A stretch of DNA of 64,000 nt from the NCBI GenBank assembly GCA_964558555.1, contig CAZLEO010000008.1, forward strand, positions 61 to 64,060, given 5' to 3'. Below are positions 18,892-28,653 of this stretch, piece by piece. This DNA comes from an uncultured Rickettsiales bacterium. GTDB lineage: Bacteria > Myxococcota_A > UBA796 > UBA9615 > CAYRNR01. Positions within the stretch are counted from its first letter, which is position 1. The number at the start of each line of letters is the position of its first letter. The notes beneath the pieces are model-generated. The model was not told the DNA's origin and made no database searches. It worked only from the letters and a program-made list of their open reading frames with translations. The position numbers and the translations under genes were made by a program.

Positions 18892-19204
18892 CGTCGTCCC
18901 CCTCTTCGTCGACGGCGTGGTCGGAGCCGCCGTAGGCCCTGGCGCATTGCAGGATCACGAATGCGTCGCATTCGGCGTCGAGCACGCACTCGGTCAGGGG
19001 AGCCACGGCCGCGCCCCGCTCGGCCTTGTCGTACATGCAGCCGTCGTAGCAGGACCCGGGCTGGTCCGCGGGGAAGGCCTCGAACTGGCATTCGTCCACC
19101 AGCTCGTTGCACAGGTCCGTGCAGAGACCTTCCGAGTCCACGTTACAGCCCAGTGGGGTCGAGAGAAGCCCCAGTACCCCCAGGAGAAACAACGTCCGTC
19201 GCAT
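18884..19204 (-). CDS. Small Cys-rich lipoprotein (106 aa).
   Basis: MRRTLFLLGVLGLLSTPLGC. GGAGGG Shine-Dalgarno sequence. 10 Cys residues in 80 aa. Confidence 0.5.
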   Translation of the reverse strand: MRRTLFLLGVLGLLSTPLGCNVDSEGLCTDLCNELVDECQFEAFPADQPGSCYDGCMYDKAERGAAVAPLTECVLDAECDAFVILQCARAYGGSDHAVDEEGDDDE

Positions 19205-19352
19205 CCTCGTGCGCCCTCCAGGGGAGCCATCGTACGGTCGACCCGGGGGGGCGTCAACGTGGCGCGCCCGCCCCCCGTGCGTGGCTTGGACTATGATCGT
19301 GAGTCGTCCCATCCCTGGGACGACCCACTGCGTCGGGAACGGGGGTGATTGG

Positions 19353-20288
19353 GTGAGATCACGACGGTGGATCGAACGCACGGTGTGGGTGATCGCGTGC
19401 TGTCTCGCCGCGGCGTCCTCGCCTGCATGGGCCGAGGACGTGCCGCTGAAGATCAAGTTCTCGTCGCCGCGAGGTGGATCGTGGAATGGGCACCGCCTCG
19501 CCGTGGCCTTCGACGACCGGCGGTCGTCGCACCTCGGCGGCGGCACGGCCGACGTGATGGGCGTGGTGGGTGAGAACAAGGAAGTGACGCTGGTTCTCAA
19601 GCGGCTCACCGTCGAGGACGTGTTCTACGAACTGACCGAGGATGCGCTGAATGCCGCGGGCTTTCGTGCAGTCCAGGGGCGAGAAGACGGCCTTCCCACG
19701 CTGCTGGTGGTCCTGGAGGACCTCGAGGTGGAGGGCTTCACCGAGTACACGGTGAGCCTGTACCTGGAGTTCGAGCTGCTCTCGTCCGGGGACGAAGAGC
19801 TGCTGTGGGACGGCTCGGCAGCAGCCGAAGGAGAGGTGCGGCTCCAGTGGGGGGTCGGAGAGCTGTGGAAGGGCTACCGGGGGGCGTTCGAGGAGGCCCT
19901 GGACATCATGACTCGCCACTTCGAGAGCTCGGAGTTCCTCGAAGGACTGCCCGTCCAGAGCGAGCCTGCTGCCGTCGTCGAGGACGTCGTCGAGGACGTC
20001 GTCGAGGAGGCGCCGGTGGTGACCCCGCCCGTTGAACCCGTCGACACTCCGCTCCTGGCGGTGGTGCAGACGTACTACGCCTACCAGGGCACGACGATGA
20101 CCGACGATCAGCGCGAGGCGGGCGAGGACGCCGTGCGTCAGCTCCTGGCAGAGGGATTCGTCGCAGCCGGGCTGGAGAGGGCCGTGGTCCAGGTCCACCG
20201 GGAGATCCCCGGAGCCAGGACCATGGACTTCGAGCGCATCGTCCCCGCCTACGTGCGGGCGATGGGAGACACGTTCAAGGGACCGTAG
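19353..20288 (+). CDS. Secreted protein; paralogue P1 carrying an unrecognised ~70-aa C-terminal YY-x-QG...REIPGA domain.
   Basis: GTG start after GGGGG. Signal VRSRRWIERTVWVIACCLAAASSPAWA. The C-terminal domain is shared with P2 and P3. Confidence 0.5.
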   Translation: MRSRRWIERTVWVIACCLAAASSPAWAEDVPLKIKFSSPRGGSWNGHRLAVAFDDRRSSHLGGGTADVMGVVGENKEVTLVLKRLTVEDVFYELTEDALNAAGFRAVQGREDGLPTLLVVLEDLEVEGFTEYTVSLYLEFELLSSGDEELLWDGSAAAEGEVRLQWGVGELWKGYRGAFEEALDIMTRHFESSEFLEGLPVQSEPAAVVEDVVEDVVEEAPVVTPPVEPVDTPLLAVVQTYYAYQGTTMTDDQREAGEDAVRQLLAEGFVAAGLERAVVQVHREIPGARTMDFERIVPAYVRAMGDTFKGP

Positions 20289-20294
20289 GTCGGA

Positions 20295-21200
20295 TCAGAA
20301 GCGTGCGTGCAGGGTGAAGCCGGCGCTACGTGGGGTGAGCGCAGGTAGCACGGTCACCTGCGGGCGGTGGGTGTCCAGGTGGCTCCGGCGCCGGCTGTCC
20401 CGCTTGGGCGCGGCTGCTCCGACGATGATCAGCGTGATCCCTGCGACCTCCAGCACGGTCAGCGCCACGGCAAAGGGGACGTAGTAGTCGGTCACCGCCT
20501 GGCTGCACTCGGTCCCGCCCCAGTAGGCGTGGGAGGCGCCGGGGCCGATGATCGGGATCGCGCCGATCAAGGGGGCGCCGCCCGGCCAGAAGTTGCAGGC
20601 GTATCCGTGGGAGACGCCCAGAGCCATGCCGCCGATCATCCCACCGCCGAGCAGTCCGATTCCCGTGCCGATGAGTGCGTTCTTCTGCTTCTTCTTCAGG
20701 CCCTTGGGAGAACGGGATCTGCGGCGGGGCTCCTCGTCGATGTCGGCCACGGTGCGGGGCTGTTGCTCGGGTTCGTCCTCCGGCTCGACTTCCACCACGG
20801 GCTCGGTCTCGACTACGGGCTCGGTCTCGACTACGGGCTCGGTCTCGACTACGGGCTGAGGCGCCACCCACGCGGCCTTCCCACGGATCTGGGCGGAGCG
20901 CTCGTACGCCCAGCCCGGGACCACCTGCTCGAAGGGCGCCCAGGCCGCCGTCGGGTTTTCGCGGACGAGGTGGATCAGGGCACTCTCGAGTTGCTCGCGC
21001 GAGAATCCGGCATCGAACAGATCCAGGGCCGCCGGGATCCCGTCCACGAGCTGTCGAGCCGTGGCGTCGAGGCCCTGGAAGGTGTAGTAGGCCTCGACCA
21101 GCCTCGCGGCGTCCGTGGTGTCGGACGCCCGGGCCCCGGAGGCGGGGAGGAGCAATACGACCAGCAATCCCCATCGCGCGGCGGCCAGGATGACGTCCAT
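20295..21200 (-). CDS. Membrane protein, paralogue P3. Signal peptide, shared N-terminal domain, (EPVVET)x4 linker, then a Gly-zipper transmembrane C-terminus.
   Basis: GGGGAGGAAGG Shine-Dalgarno sequence. MDVILAAARWGLLVVLLLPASGARA. C-terminus LIGTGIGLLGGGMIGGMALGVSHGYACNFWPGG... Confidence 0.55.
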   Translation of the reverse strand: MDVILAAARWGLLVVLLLPASGARASDTTDAARLVEAYYTFQGLDATARQLVDGIPAALDLFDAGFSREQLESALIHLVRENPTAAWAPFEQVVPGWAYERSAQIRGKAAWVAPQPVVETEPVVETEPVVETEPVVEVEPEDEPEQQPRTVADIDEEPRRRSRSPKGLKKKQKNALIGTGIGLLGGGMIGGMALGVSHGYACNFWPGGAPLIGAIPIIGPGASHAYWGGTECSQAVTDYYVPFAVALTVLEVAGITLIIVGAAAPKRDSRRRSHLDTHRPQVTVLPALTPRSAGFTLHARF

Positions 21201-21215
21201 GAGCCTTCCTCCCCT

Positions 21216-22166
21216 CTAGAAAGCGACCGACATCATCAACACCGCGGGACCCTCCGTCGAGGCGGGGAGCACGGCGGTTGTCGGAGTCCAGCGCCGCGGC
21301 GTCTGCCCCACGGCCTCGCTCACCGCCAGGGCCTGATCCCACTTCGGCCGCACCGACAGCAGGTTGATCCCCTCGAGGACCAGCACCGTCGCGCCGGCGA
21401 TCACACCGCCGATGAGGGGCAACGTCCAGGCGCCGATGCCCAGGGCGATGCAGATCCCCGTGAGCGTCCAGGAACCCGCCATGTGCTTCTTCACCGGTCG
21501 ATAGCCCGCCCTCACGTACGCTCCGTGCTTGTCGGCCATGGCGATCGTGCCGATGATCGAACCTAGGGTGGTGAAGGTGGAGCCGATGACCATCACCAGC
21601 CCCACGACGCCGAAGCCGGCGCTGCTGGCCGCCGTGGAGGCCAGGAAGGTCGCGTAGCCCACGAGGTCGAAGATGGCGCAGGTGACGAGCCCGCCGCGCC
21701 CCCGTGCCCGGAGCCTGGCCGCCTCGGTGGTCGGCGGCGGCATCACCGGGGTCAGGGTCGTGTTCATGCGGGTCGAGGTCGCGGTGGCCGGAGCGCGGGT
21801 TTCCGGCGTCACGACCGCGGCTGTACCCGGCGTGGCCGTGGCGCGCACGAACGGTGGGAAGATCAGCTCGAAGGCCCCTGTCGCGGCCCCGGGGATCTCG
21901 CGGTGAACCTGGACCACGAGGTCGGTCATCGTGTCGACGTCGTATCCCGCGGCCATCAGCTCCAGGGCAGCCATCAGCCCCGCGTCCCGTTGTTCGTCGC
22001 CGACCTCGGTCGTGCCCTGCATGACGTAGTAGAGATCCACGACGCCCAGGGCGTCGTCGGTCACCGAAGCCCATACCCCTCCAGGGACGGCCAGGATCAG
22101 GCCCAGCGCCAGGGCGGTCAGGAGTCGGCCTCGGCGCTGGACAGGACTGTACGGAAGAGCATGCAT
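21216..22166 (-). CDS. Membrane protein, paralogue P2, with the same architecture as P3.
   Basis: Signal MHALPYSPVQRRGRLLTALALGLILAVPGGVWA. Domain VVDLYYVMQGTT...VVQVHREIPGAATGAFELIFPPFVRA. Gly-rich TM region GVIAGATVLVLEGINLL. Confidence 0.55.
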   Translation of the reverse strand: MHALPYSPVQRRGRLLTALALGLILAVPGGVWASVTDDALGVVDLYYVMQGTTEVGDEQRDAGLMAALELMAAGYDVDTMTDLVVQVHREIPGAATGAFELIFPPFVRATATPGTAAVVTPETRAPATATSTRMNTTLTPVMPPPTTEAARLRARGRGGLVTCAIFDLVGYATFLASTAASSAGFGVVGLVMVIGSTFTTLGSIIGTIAMADKHGAYVRAGYRPVKKHMAGSWTLTGICIALGIGAWTLPLIGGVIAGATVLVLEGINLLSVRPKWDQALAVSEAVGQTPRRWTPTTAVLPASTEGPAVLMMSVAF

Positions 22167-22234
22167 GGCGTCGTCCCTTCTCGTTCCCCAAAACGGGTAC
22201 GAACCCGATTCGAGATCCCCGCAGACCTTCGATC

Positions 22235-23587
22235 CTAGTCCACGCAGCGCAACCAAACGTTGTACTGGTCGTCGTTGCCGTAGACGACCCAGGCGCGTCC
22301 CTCGTCGTCCACCGTCACGTCGGAGAACAGCCAGTCCTGAGAGTCCAGCGTCCAGGTGTCGTATTGACCAGCTCGAAAGTCGTCCTCGATGTAGTACGCG
22401 ACGTCGTTGTCGTGGACGTAGGTGAAGTGACCCAGTTCGCCTTCCGAGAAGGCGGCCCCGCCCAGCCAGGAGAACCCGTTGTAGGGGAGGGTGGGGAAGG
22501 TCGAGCTGGAGGACCAGCTGTCGTTGTCGCACCAGTTGCGCTTGACCACGGCGTCCTCCTCCCAGCTGTCCTGGTGGTGGTAGAGCACGTAGGGCTCACC
22601 GCCGTACCTCGATCCTGCCCCGACGAAACCGCTGGGGTCCGAGTCGATCACCTGGGTGGACGTGAAGGAGGCGTCGGACACGTCGAACACTCGGCTGACG
22701 ATGCCGTCGGGGTCGTTGACGATGAGGACGAGTTCGTCGTTGGACCTGCATGAAAGGGCGAGGTCGCTGATCGAGTCGGCCTCGTAGAAGTAGCCATCCC
22801 AGTCACCGTTGTCCGGGACGTAGAAGTGGAGCGTATCGTTCGCGACCCAGCCGACGAACGGCTGGTCCGCCGGGCCGGGTGAGCAGATATCGAGGCCGTC
22901 CACGTAGTAGCTGGACTCGTTCACCCACTCGTCGTAGGCCCAGCTCGTCTCCGAGGTGTTCGTCGGGTAGATCCACAGGATGCGGTTGGAGTACGCGTAG
23001 GTGAGGATGTGGGGGGTTCCGCTGGCATCCAGCCACAGCTTCATGCTGTCGCCGGTGTGGACGTGCCCTTCGGGAACGGTGTCCACGTCGTCGAGCAGGT
23101 CGAGCGACTCGTCGAAGGTGCGATAGGCGATGTGATCGTCCTCTGTGGTCTGACCGCCGTAGCTCCAGGCGAAGGCGGTCTTCAACAGCCGGTCCTCCTC
23201 GTCGAAGAGGATGTCCACGACGGCGGTCTCCTGCCCTCCCGCGTTGAACGAGGCGATGAGCCCTTCGTCGTTGTCCCCGTCGGCGCAGTCCTCGTCCACC
23301 CCGTTGCAGGGGATCTCCGTTGCCCCGGGGTGGATGTTGGGGTTGCTGTCGTTGCAGTCGCCACCGGCTTCGGTCCAGCCGTCCCCGTCGGCGTCCGTGA
23401 CGGCATCGTCGTCGTCGCCGACCTGGTCGTCGTCGTCGCCGACCTGGTCGTCGTCGTCGTCAGAGACGAAGTCGTCGTCGTCCCCCTTCGTGTCGTCGTC
23501 GTCCCCGAGAGGGACAGGGGCGCAGCTGGCCAACAGCATGGAGGATGCGGTGAACAGTGAGATCCAGATGGGCGCACGTGTGAACAT
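22235..23587 (-). CDS. Lipoprotein with a poly-Asp linker and a MopE-type putative metal-binding motif.
   Basis: Lipobox MLLASC. DDDDTKGDDDDFVSDDDDDQVGDDDD linker. DGDGW..GGDCNDSNPNIHPGATEIPCNGVDEDC motif. Confidence 0.6.
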   Translation of the reverse strand: MFTRAPIWISLFTASSMLLASCAPVPLGDDDDTKGDDDDFVSDDDDDQVGDDDDQVGDDDDAVTDADGDGWTEAGGDCNDSNPNIHPGATEIPCNGVDEDCADGDNDEGLIASFNAGGQETAVVDILFDEEDRLLKTAFAWSYGGQTTEDDHIAYRTFDESLDLLDDVDTVPEGHVHTGDSMKLWLDASGTPHILTYAYSNRILWIYPTNTSETSWAYDEWVNESSYYVDGLDICSPGPADQPFVGWVANDTLHFYVPDNGDWDGYFYEADSISDLALSCRSNDELVLIVNDPDGIVSRVFDVSDASFTSTQVIDSDPSGFVGAGSRYGGEPYVLYHHQDSWEEDAVVKRNWCDNDSWSSSSTFPTLPYNGFSWLGGAAFSEGELGHFTYVHDNDVAYYIEDDFRAGQYDTWTLDSQDWLFSDVTVDDEGRAWVVYGNDDQYNVWLRCVD

Positions 23588-23714
23588 GGCTCTCCCCCTT
23601 CGAGGTCAGAATCTTGCCACGTTCCCTACGCTTGTCGGGGTAAAAAAACGGGTGAGACGCGGATCCGGCGATGGGCGTGGGCCTCGTCGGAACGGCGGCT
23701 CTCGGCGGGGCAGG

Positions 23715-23801
23715 TCAGCCGCCGGCCGGCGCGCAGACCATCGGGTTGATCACGAACACGTACAGCGCCGCGAGGGCGATCAGGCCGGCGAGGCCGGCCA
23801 T
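23715..23801 (-). CDS. Candidate 28-aa hydrophobic small protein (MAGLAGLIALAALYVFVINPMVCAPAGG).
   Basis: The ATG is 18 nt downstream of the ICMT stop. GAAGGAG lies 12 nt upstream. One predicted TM helix. Confidence 0.3.
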   Translation of the reverse strand: MAGLAGLIALAALYVFVINPMVCAPAGG

Positions 23802-23818
23802 GTAGAGGCCGAACTCCT

Positions 23819-24418
23819 TCACTTGCGGCTCCTCTCGGCGAAGTAGCGTCGGAAGCGGCTGAACCTGGGGATGAACATCGGCACCTCCTTGCGGTAGCGC
23901 TCGTAGGCCTCGCCCAGGTTCTGCAGGCAGTAACGCTCCTGGATGGCGACGTTGGTGATGTACGAGTACAGCAGCAGGATGGGGATGAAGATCGCCAGGA
24001 ATGCCAGCGACCGCATCAGGAAGCCCAGACCGATCACGCCGATGAGCTTGCCGATCACGGAGGGGTGGCGGATCCAGGAGTAGATGCCGGTGTCGACGAG
24101 GTTGGTGGTGTAGCCCATGTGGGAGCCGGGGCTGCCGGCGCCCTTGAGGTAGAGGTAGCCGTAGGAGTACCACACGACAAAGCCGCCGAGGGCCCAGCAG
24201 CCGGCGCAGATCACCACGTTCCAGGGCAAGCCCACGGTGGGGGCCCAGCCCCAGGACTGGTCCAGGCGCTGGGCGAACCACGCCAGCAAGGTGGCCGCGG
24301 GCACGAGCACGAAGACGTGGACCGCCATGTTGCCGTACAGCTCCTTGTGGCGGAGCGTGGCGAAGATCTCCCAGACAGTGGGTTCGCGGTCCACGGGCTG
24401 TGGGGATTCGTTGGTCAT
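23819..24418 (-). CDS. Membrane methyltransferase of the ICMT / phospholipid methyltransferase family (SrsB-like).
   Basis: Five TM helices. The C-terminal EYERYRKEVPMFIPR motif is typical of isoprenylcysteine carboxyl methyltransferase-family enzymes. Confidence 0.7.
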   Translation of the reverse strand: MTNESPQPVDREPTVWEIFATLRHKELYGNMAVHVFVLVPAATLLAWFAQRLDQSWGWAPTVGLPWNVVICAGCWALGGFVVWYSYGYLYLKGAGSPGSHMGYTTNLVDTGIYSWIRHPSVIGKLIGVIGLGFLMRSLAFLAIFIPILLLYSYITNVAIQERYCLQNLGEAYERYRKEVPMFIPRFSRFRRYFAERSRK

Positions 24419-24428
24419 GAATGGGACA

Positions 24429-25880
24429 CTATATCTTAGATTGACCGGCCTTTAGCAGCTCCATGCGGCCGAGCTGGAACCCGCCGAGCAGCACGTTCTT
24501 GAGCTCGGCGCGGGTGCGGATCTTGGAAAACGTCCGCGCCAGCGTGCGCGGATGGAAGTAGAAGGCCCGGTTGACCTTCTTGAACAGCTCGAGCAGTTCC
24601 TCCTTGGACAGGTGCTCCTCCCAGGCGGTGGGCAGGTCGTAGCCCTCGTCCGGATCGAGCATGAACCGTTCCCAGCAGTCCGCCGGCCACAGCCCCTTGT
24701 CGGTGCCCTCGGCGAAGATGGGGGCGTCGGGGTAGGGGGTGAACAGGGAGTACACGACGTAGTCGGGGGCCAGGTCGTGCATGAACGGGATCACGTCGAG
24801 GATCTGCTGGGCGTTCTCCTCGTGGGGGTTGCCCATGATCATGTAGGCGATGGCCTTGACCCCCTCGGACTGGGTCATGCGGAAGATGTCCTTGATCTCC
24901 GCCACCGTGGCCTTCTTGTTGAGCGCCTTGAGGCCGTGGTCGGTGAAGGTCTCCACCCCGTAGTGCATGCGGTAGCAGCCGGCGCGCTTGGCCAGCTTGA
25001 CCATCTCGCGGGTGGTCTGGCGGATGGACGCCTTGTACCCCCACCAGATCTTGAGGTTGCGCTGCAGGATCAGCTCGCTGATGGCCATGACCCGCTCGGG
25101 CGAGGCGTTGAACAGGTCGTCGACGAAGTGGATGTCCTGGATGCCGTGGCGGTGCACGCACTCGGCCATCTCGTCCACCACGCGCTCGGGGCTGTGGGGG
25201 CGGTAGGCGTGGGGCACGTTGCAGAACACGCAGCGGTGGGGGCAGCCGCGCGAGGACATCATGGTGGTGGTGTGGGCGCCGCGCATGCCCGGGGTGTAGT
25301 ACCTGCCCGGGGGGAAGAAGTCGCGGTCGGGGAAGGGCAGGGTGTCCAGGTCGTGGGTGGGGTCGCCCTTCTCGCCCTGGTAGACGCTGCCGTCCTCGCG
25401 CTGGATGACGATGGAGGGCACCGTGTCGATGTCGCCGCCCTCCTCGAGGGTGTCCAGCAGCTGCACCAGCGGCTTCTCGCCGTCGCCCTGGATGCACGCG
25501 TCCACGCCGCGCAGCCGCGCGCCGATCTCCGGGAACGAGGTGACGTGGGCGCCGCCCATGACCACGAACACGTCGGGCAGCACGCGCTTCACCGCGTCGA
25601 TGCAGCGGGCCACGTTGATGAGGTTGTGCGAGGCCGTGGCCGACACGCCCACCACGTCGGGGCGGACGCGGGCCGCGTGGGCCTCGATGTCGCCAAAGCT
25701 CATGTCCTCGACCACGCAGTCCAGGGTGTGGACCTCGTGATGGGAGTGCTCCTTGAGCCACGCCGACAGGCTCATCACGGCCAGGGGTGGGAACAGGTAG
25801 GCGTACTTGTCGTTGAACACCGACGGCACGCCCGCCCACACCTGGTAGGTCTTGGGGGGATGGATCAGCAGGATGCGCAC
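24429..25880 (-). CDS. B12-binding radical SAM enzyme.
   Basis: N-terminal cobalamin-binding Rossmann region (RILLIHPP...). CPHRCVFC radical SAM cluster motif. A GTG start at 25880 is preferred over the ATG at 25940, which would overlap the upstream gene by 76 nt. Confidence 0.75.
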   Translation of the reverse strand: MRILLIHPPKTYQVWAGVPSVFNDKYAYLFPPLAVMSLSAWLKEHSHHEVHTLDCVVEDMSFGDIEAHAARVRPDVVGVSATASHNLINVARCIDAVKRVLPDVFVVMGGAHVTSFPEIGARLRGVDACIQGDGEKPLVQLLDTLEEGGDIDTVPSIVIQREDGSVYQGEKGDPTHDLDTLPFPDRDFFPPGRYYTPGMRGAHTTTMMSSRGCPHRCVFCNVPHAYRPHSPERVVDEMAECVHRHGIQDIHFVDDLFNASPERVMAISELILQRNLKIWWGYKASIRQTTREMVKLAKRAGCYRMHYGVETFTDHGLKALNKKATVAEIKDIFRMTQSEGVKAIAYMIMGNPHEENAQQILDVIPFMHDLAPDYVVYSLFTPYPDAPIFAEGTDKGLWPADCWERFMLDPDEGYDLPTAWEEHLSKEELLELFKKVNRAFYFHPRTLARTFSKIRTRAELKNVLLGGFQLGRMELLKAGQSKI

Positions 25881-26578
25881 GGTTCGCTCTTTCTCGCGGG
25901 GTGGTTGACCCGCTCGCACCGGACCAGGTCCAGGTGCCACACCAGCATGGGCTTGCCGTAGAAACGGAAGCGGCCGGCGCGCTCGAAGCCCCAGGAGGTC
26001 AGCTGGCGCACGGCGCCGGCGTTGTCCTCCTCGGTGGTGATCTTGACGTGATCGTGGCCGCGCGCGGCCAGCTCGTCGAAGAGCACCTTGTTGATCAGCC
26101 CGGCCACCTTTTTACCCCGCAATCCCGGCTCGAACGAACAAAACATGGACTCCGCCTTCACGTCGGGGCCCTCGTCGGTCCGCGTGAGGGTGTGGTAGCG
26201 GAAGGTCTCGGCCAGGGGCAGGGCCGCGCCGGGGCGCCCCACGAGGCCGCGCGCGGTGGACAGGGCCAGGGCCGGAGCGTGACGCGTGAACGTCTCGCGT
26301 AGCATGCGCGGTCCGTCCTCCGTCCCCGCGATGAACCCCTGCACGCGCCCGTCGTCCACGAAGACCCAGGCCAGGAAGTCGGGGTGCTCCAGCAGGGCCT
26401 TGTAGATACGCGCGAGGAACCGCGGCCCCAGCTGGGCCCACAAGGAGTGACCCATGGCCGCGGTGTGCAGGCGGACCACCCCGGGGACGTGGGCCCGGTT
26501 CATCCGGTGGATGCGGGCCCGCACCTCGGGGTCGACGGGGAAGGGCGCGAGGCGCCCGTTCGGGGACGGCTCGGCCAA
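25865..26578 (-). CDS. GNAT-family N-acetyltransferase.
   Basis: Acetyl-CoA-binding motif (AARGHDHVKITTEEDNAGAVRQLTSWGFE). TTG start, 2 nt after the crotonase stop. Confidence 0.65.
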   Translation of the reverse strand: MAEPSPNGRLAPFPVDPEVRARIHRMNRAHVPGVVRLHTAAMGHSLWAQLGPRFLARIYKALLEHPDFLAWVFVDDGRVQGFIAGTEDGPRMLRETFTRHAPALALSTARGLVGRPGAALPLAETFRYHTLTRTDEGPDVKAESMFCSFEPGLRGKKVAGLINKVLFDELAARGHDHVKITTEEDNAGAVRQLTSWGFERAGRFRFYGKPMLVWHLDLVRCERVNHPARKSEPCASC

Positions 26579-26580
26579 GC

Positions 26581-27351
<771 letters not shown>

Positions 27352-27370
27352 GGAATCCTCCCCAGAGGGG

Positions 27371-28435
27371 TTACCAGCGAAGCAGGCCGGTCTCGATGGA
27401 GATGCCCGGGCCCATGGCGATGGTCACGCCGTAGTCCCCGGCGTGCACCACGTCCTCGTGCTTGAGCTCCTGGAAGGAGAACAGGAACGCGCCCGACGAC
27501 AGGTTGCCGTAGTCGCGCAGGATGGACTTGGTGTGGCGCACGTCGTGCTCGGTCAGGCCAAGGTTGTACTTGATGGCGTCGATGACCTTCTTGCCGCCGG
27601 AGTGGATGATCCAGTGGCGGATGTCGCGCTGTTTGAGGCCGTTGTCCTTCAGCAGCTTGCCCACCGGGGTGTTGATGGTCTCGCCGATGAGGTAGGGGAT
27701 GTCGCGGCCGAGGTAGAAGCTGAACTTGCCCTCCTCGAAGTCGAACCGCATCTCGGCCATGGCGTGGGCGACCATGATCGACTCGAAGCCCAGCACCTGG
27801 GGGCCCTCCGCCGCGGTGAGCTCGTCGCCCGACACCAGCAGCACGGCCGCCGCGCCGTCGCCGAACAGGGAGTTGACCACGCCGGTGCGCACGGTCATGT
27901 CGAACACGTAGGCCGCCGAACACACCTCGCAGGTCAGCAGCAGGGCCGGCTTGCCCGGGTTGGCTGCGGCGAACGAGGTGGTGGCCATCAGGCCGTTCAT
28001 GCCGCCGTTGCAGCCCATGCCCACCAGGTCGATGCGGTGGACGTTGTCGCGCATGCCCGAGTCGCGGGCGATCATGGCCGACAGGCCGGGGCACAGGAAG
28101 CCGGTGGAGGTGACCACGGCGAAGAACTCGATGTCCTCGGGGCCGTAGGGGCTGTCCTTGAGGCACCGCTCGACCGCCTCGCAGCCGATGGTGATGGAGA
28201 CGTCGGTGTGCTTGCCCAGCAGCTCCTCGCCGCTCTCGTCGGGCATGATCCCGTCCTCGCCGGGATCGGGCAGCACCAGGTGGCGGGTCTTGATGTGGGA
28301 GTTGGTGAAGAACCGCCGGATGATCTTCACCTCGCACTGGAACAGGTCGAGCAGCTCGGCCTGCGTGTAGCGGCGCGGCGGGTTGGCGGTGCCCACCGAC
28401 AGGATTCGGGGAGCGAGCGGGCGTTCCATGGCCAT
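27371..28435 (-). CDS. Type III polyketide synthase (chalcone/stilbene synthase superfamily).
   Basis: Cys-His-Asn catalytic triad contexts (GMGCNGG, IHSGGKKV, GNLSSG). GAGAGG Shine-Dalgarno sequence. Confidence 0.85.
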   Translation of the reverse strand: MAMERPLAPRILSVGTANPPRRYTQAELLDLFQCEVKIIRRFFTNSHIKTRHLVLPDPGEDGIMPDESGEELLGKHTDVSITIGCEAVERCLKDSPYGPEDIEFFAVVTSTGFLCPGLSAMIARDSGMRDNVHRIDLVGMGCNGGMNGLMATTSFAAANPGKPALLLTCEVCSAAYVFDMTVRTGVVNSLFGDGAAAVLLVSGDELTAAEGPQVLGFESIMVAHAMAEMRFDFEEGKFSFYLGRDIPYLIGETINTPVGKLLKDNGLKQRDIRHWIIHSGGKKVIDAIKYNLGLTEHDVRHTKSILRDYGNLSSGAFLFSFQELKHEDVVHAGDYGVTIAMGPGISIETGLLRW

Positions 28436-28653
28436 GGTCCTACCTCTCGTCGGGCGGCTCGCGAGCGTCGGAGCGCAGCCCAGGCATTCTCTATAGCCTA
28501 GGTTCGTCCATCGCCAGGAGGAATGCCGCGCCCGAGTCGCCGCATTATAGCATCAGGGTTCCGGGTCGCCCCCCCCTCGAAAGCCAGCGATATCGCTGGC
28601 TTGACATCGGTAGGGGTGGTCTCTACGGTGCCGGAGGAAGAACGGAGCACACC
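28436..28653. promoter_or_regulatory. Divergent intergenic control region. A perfect 20-bp palindrome AGCCAGCGATATCGCTGGCT (28582-28601) abuts a sigma70-like -35 TTGACA (28601-28606). A TACGGT -10 follows at 17-nt spacing.
   Basis: Read directly from the sequence. The predicted transcription start is ~18 nt upstream of the PP-loop gene ATG at 28654. Confidence 0.5.

Noticed and set aside
23588-23714. A-run (ggggtaaaaaaacggg) as an intrinsic terminator.
   Set aside because: There is no convincing GC-rich stem immediately preceding the T-run on the relevant strand.
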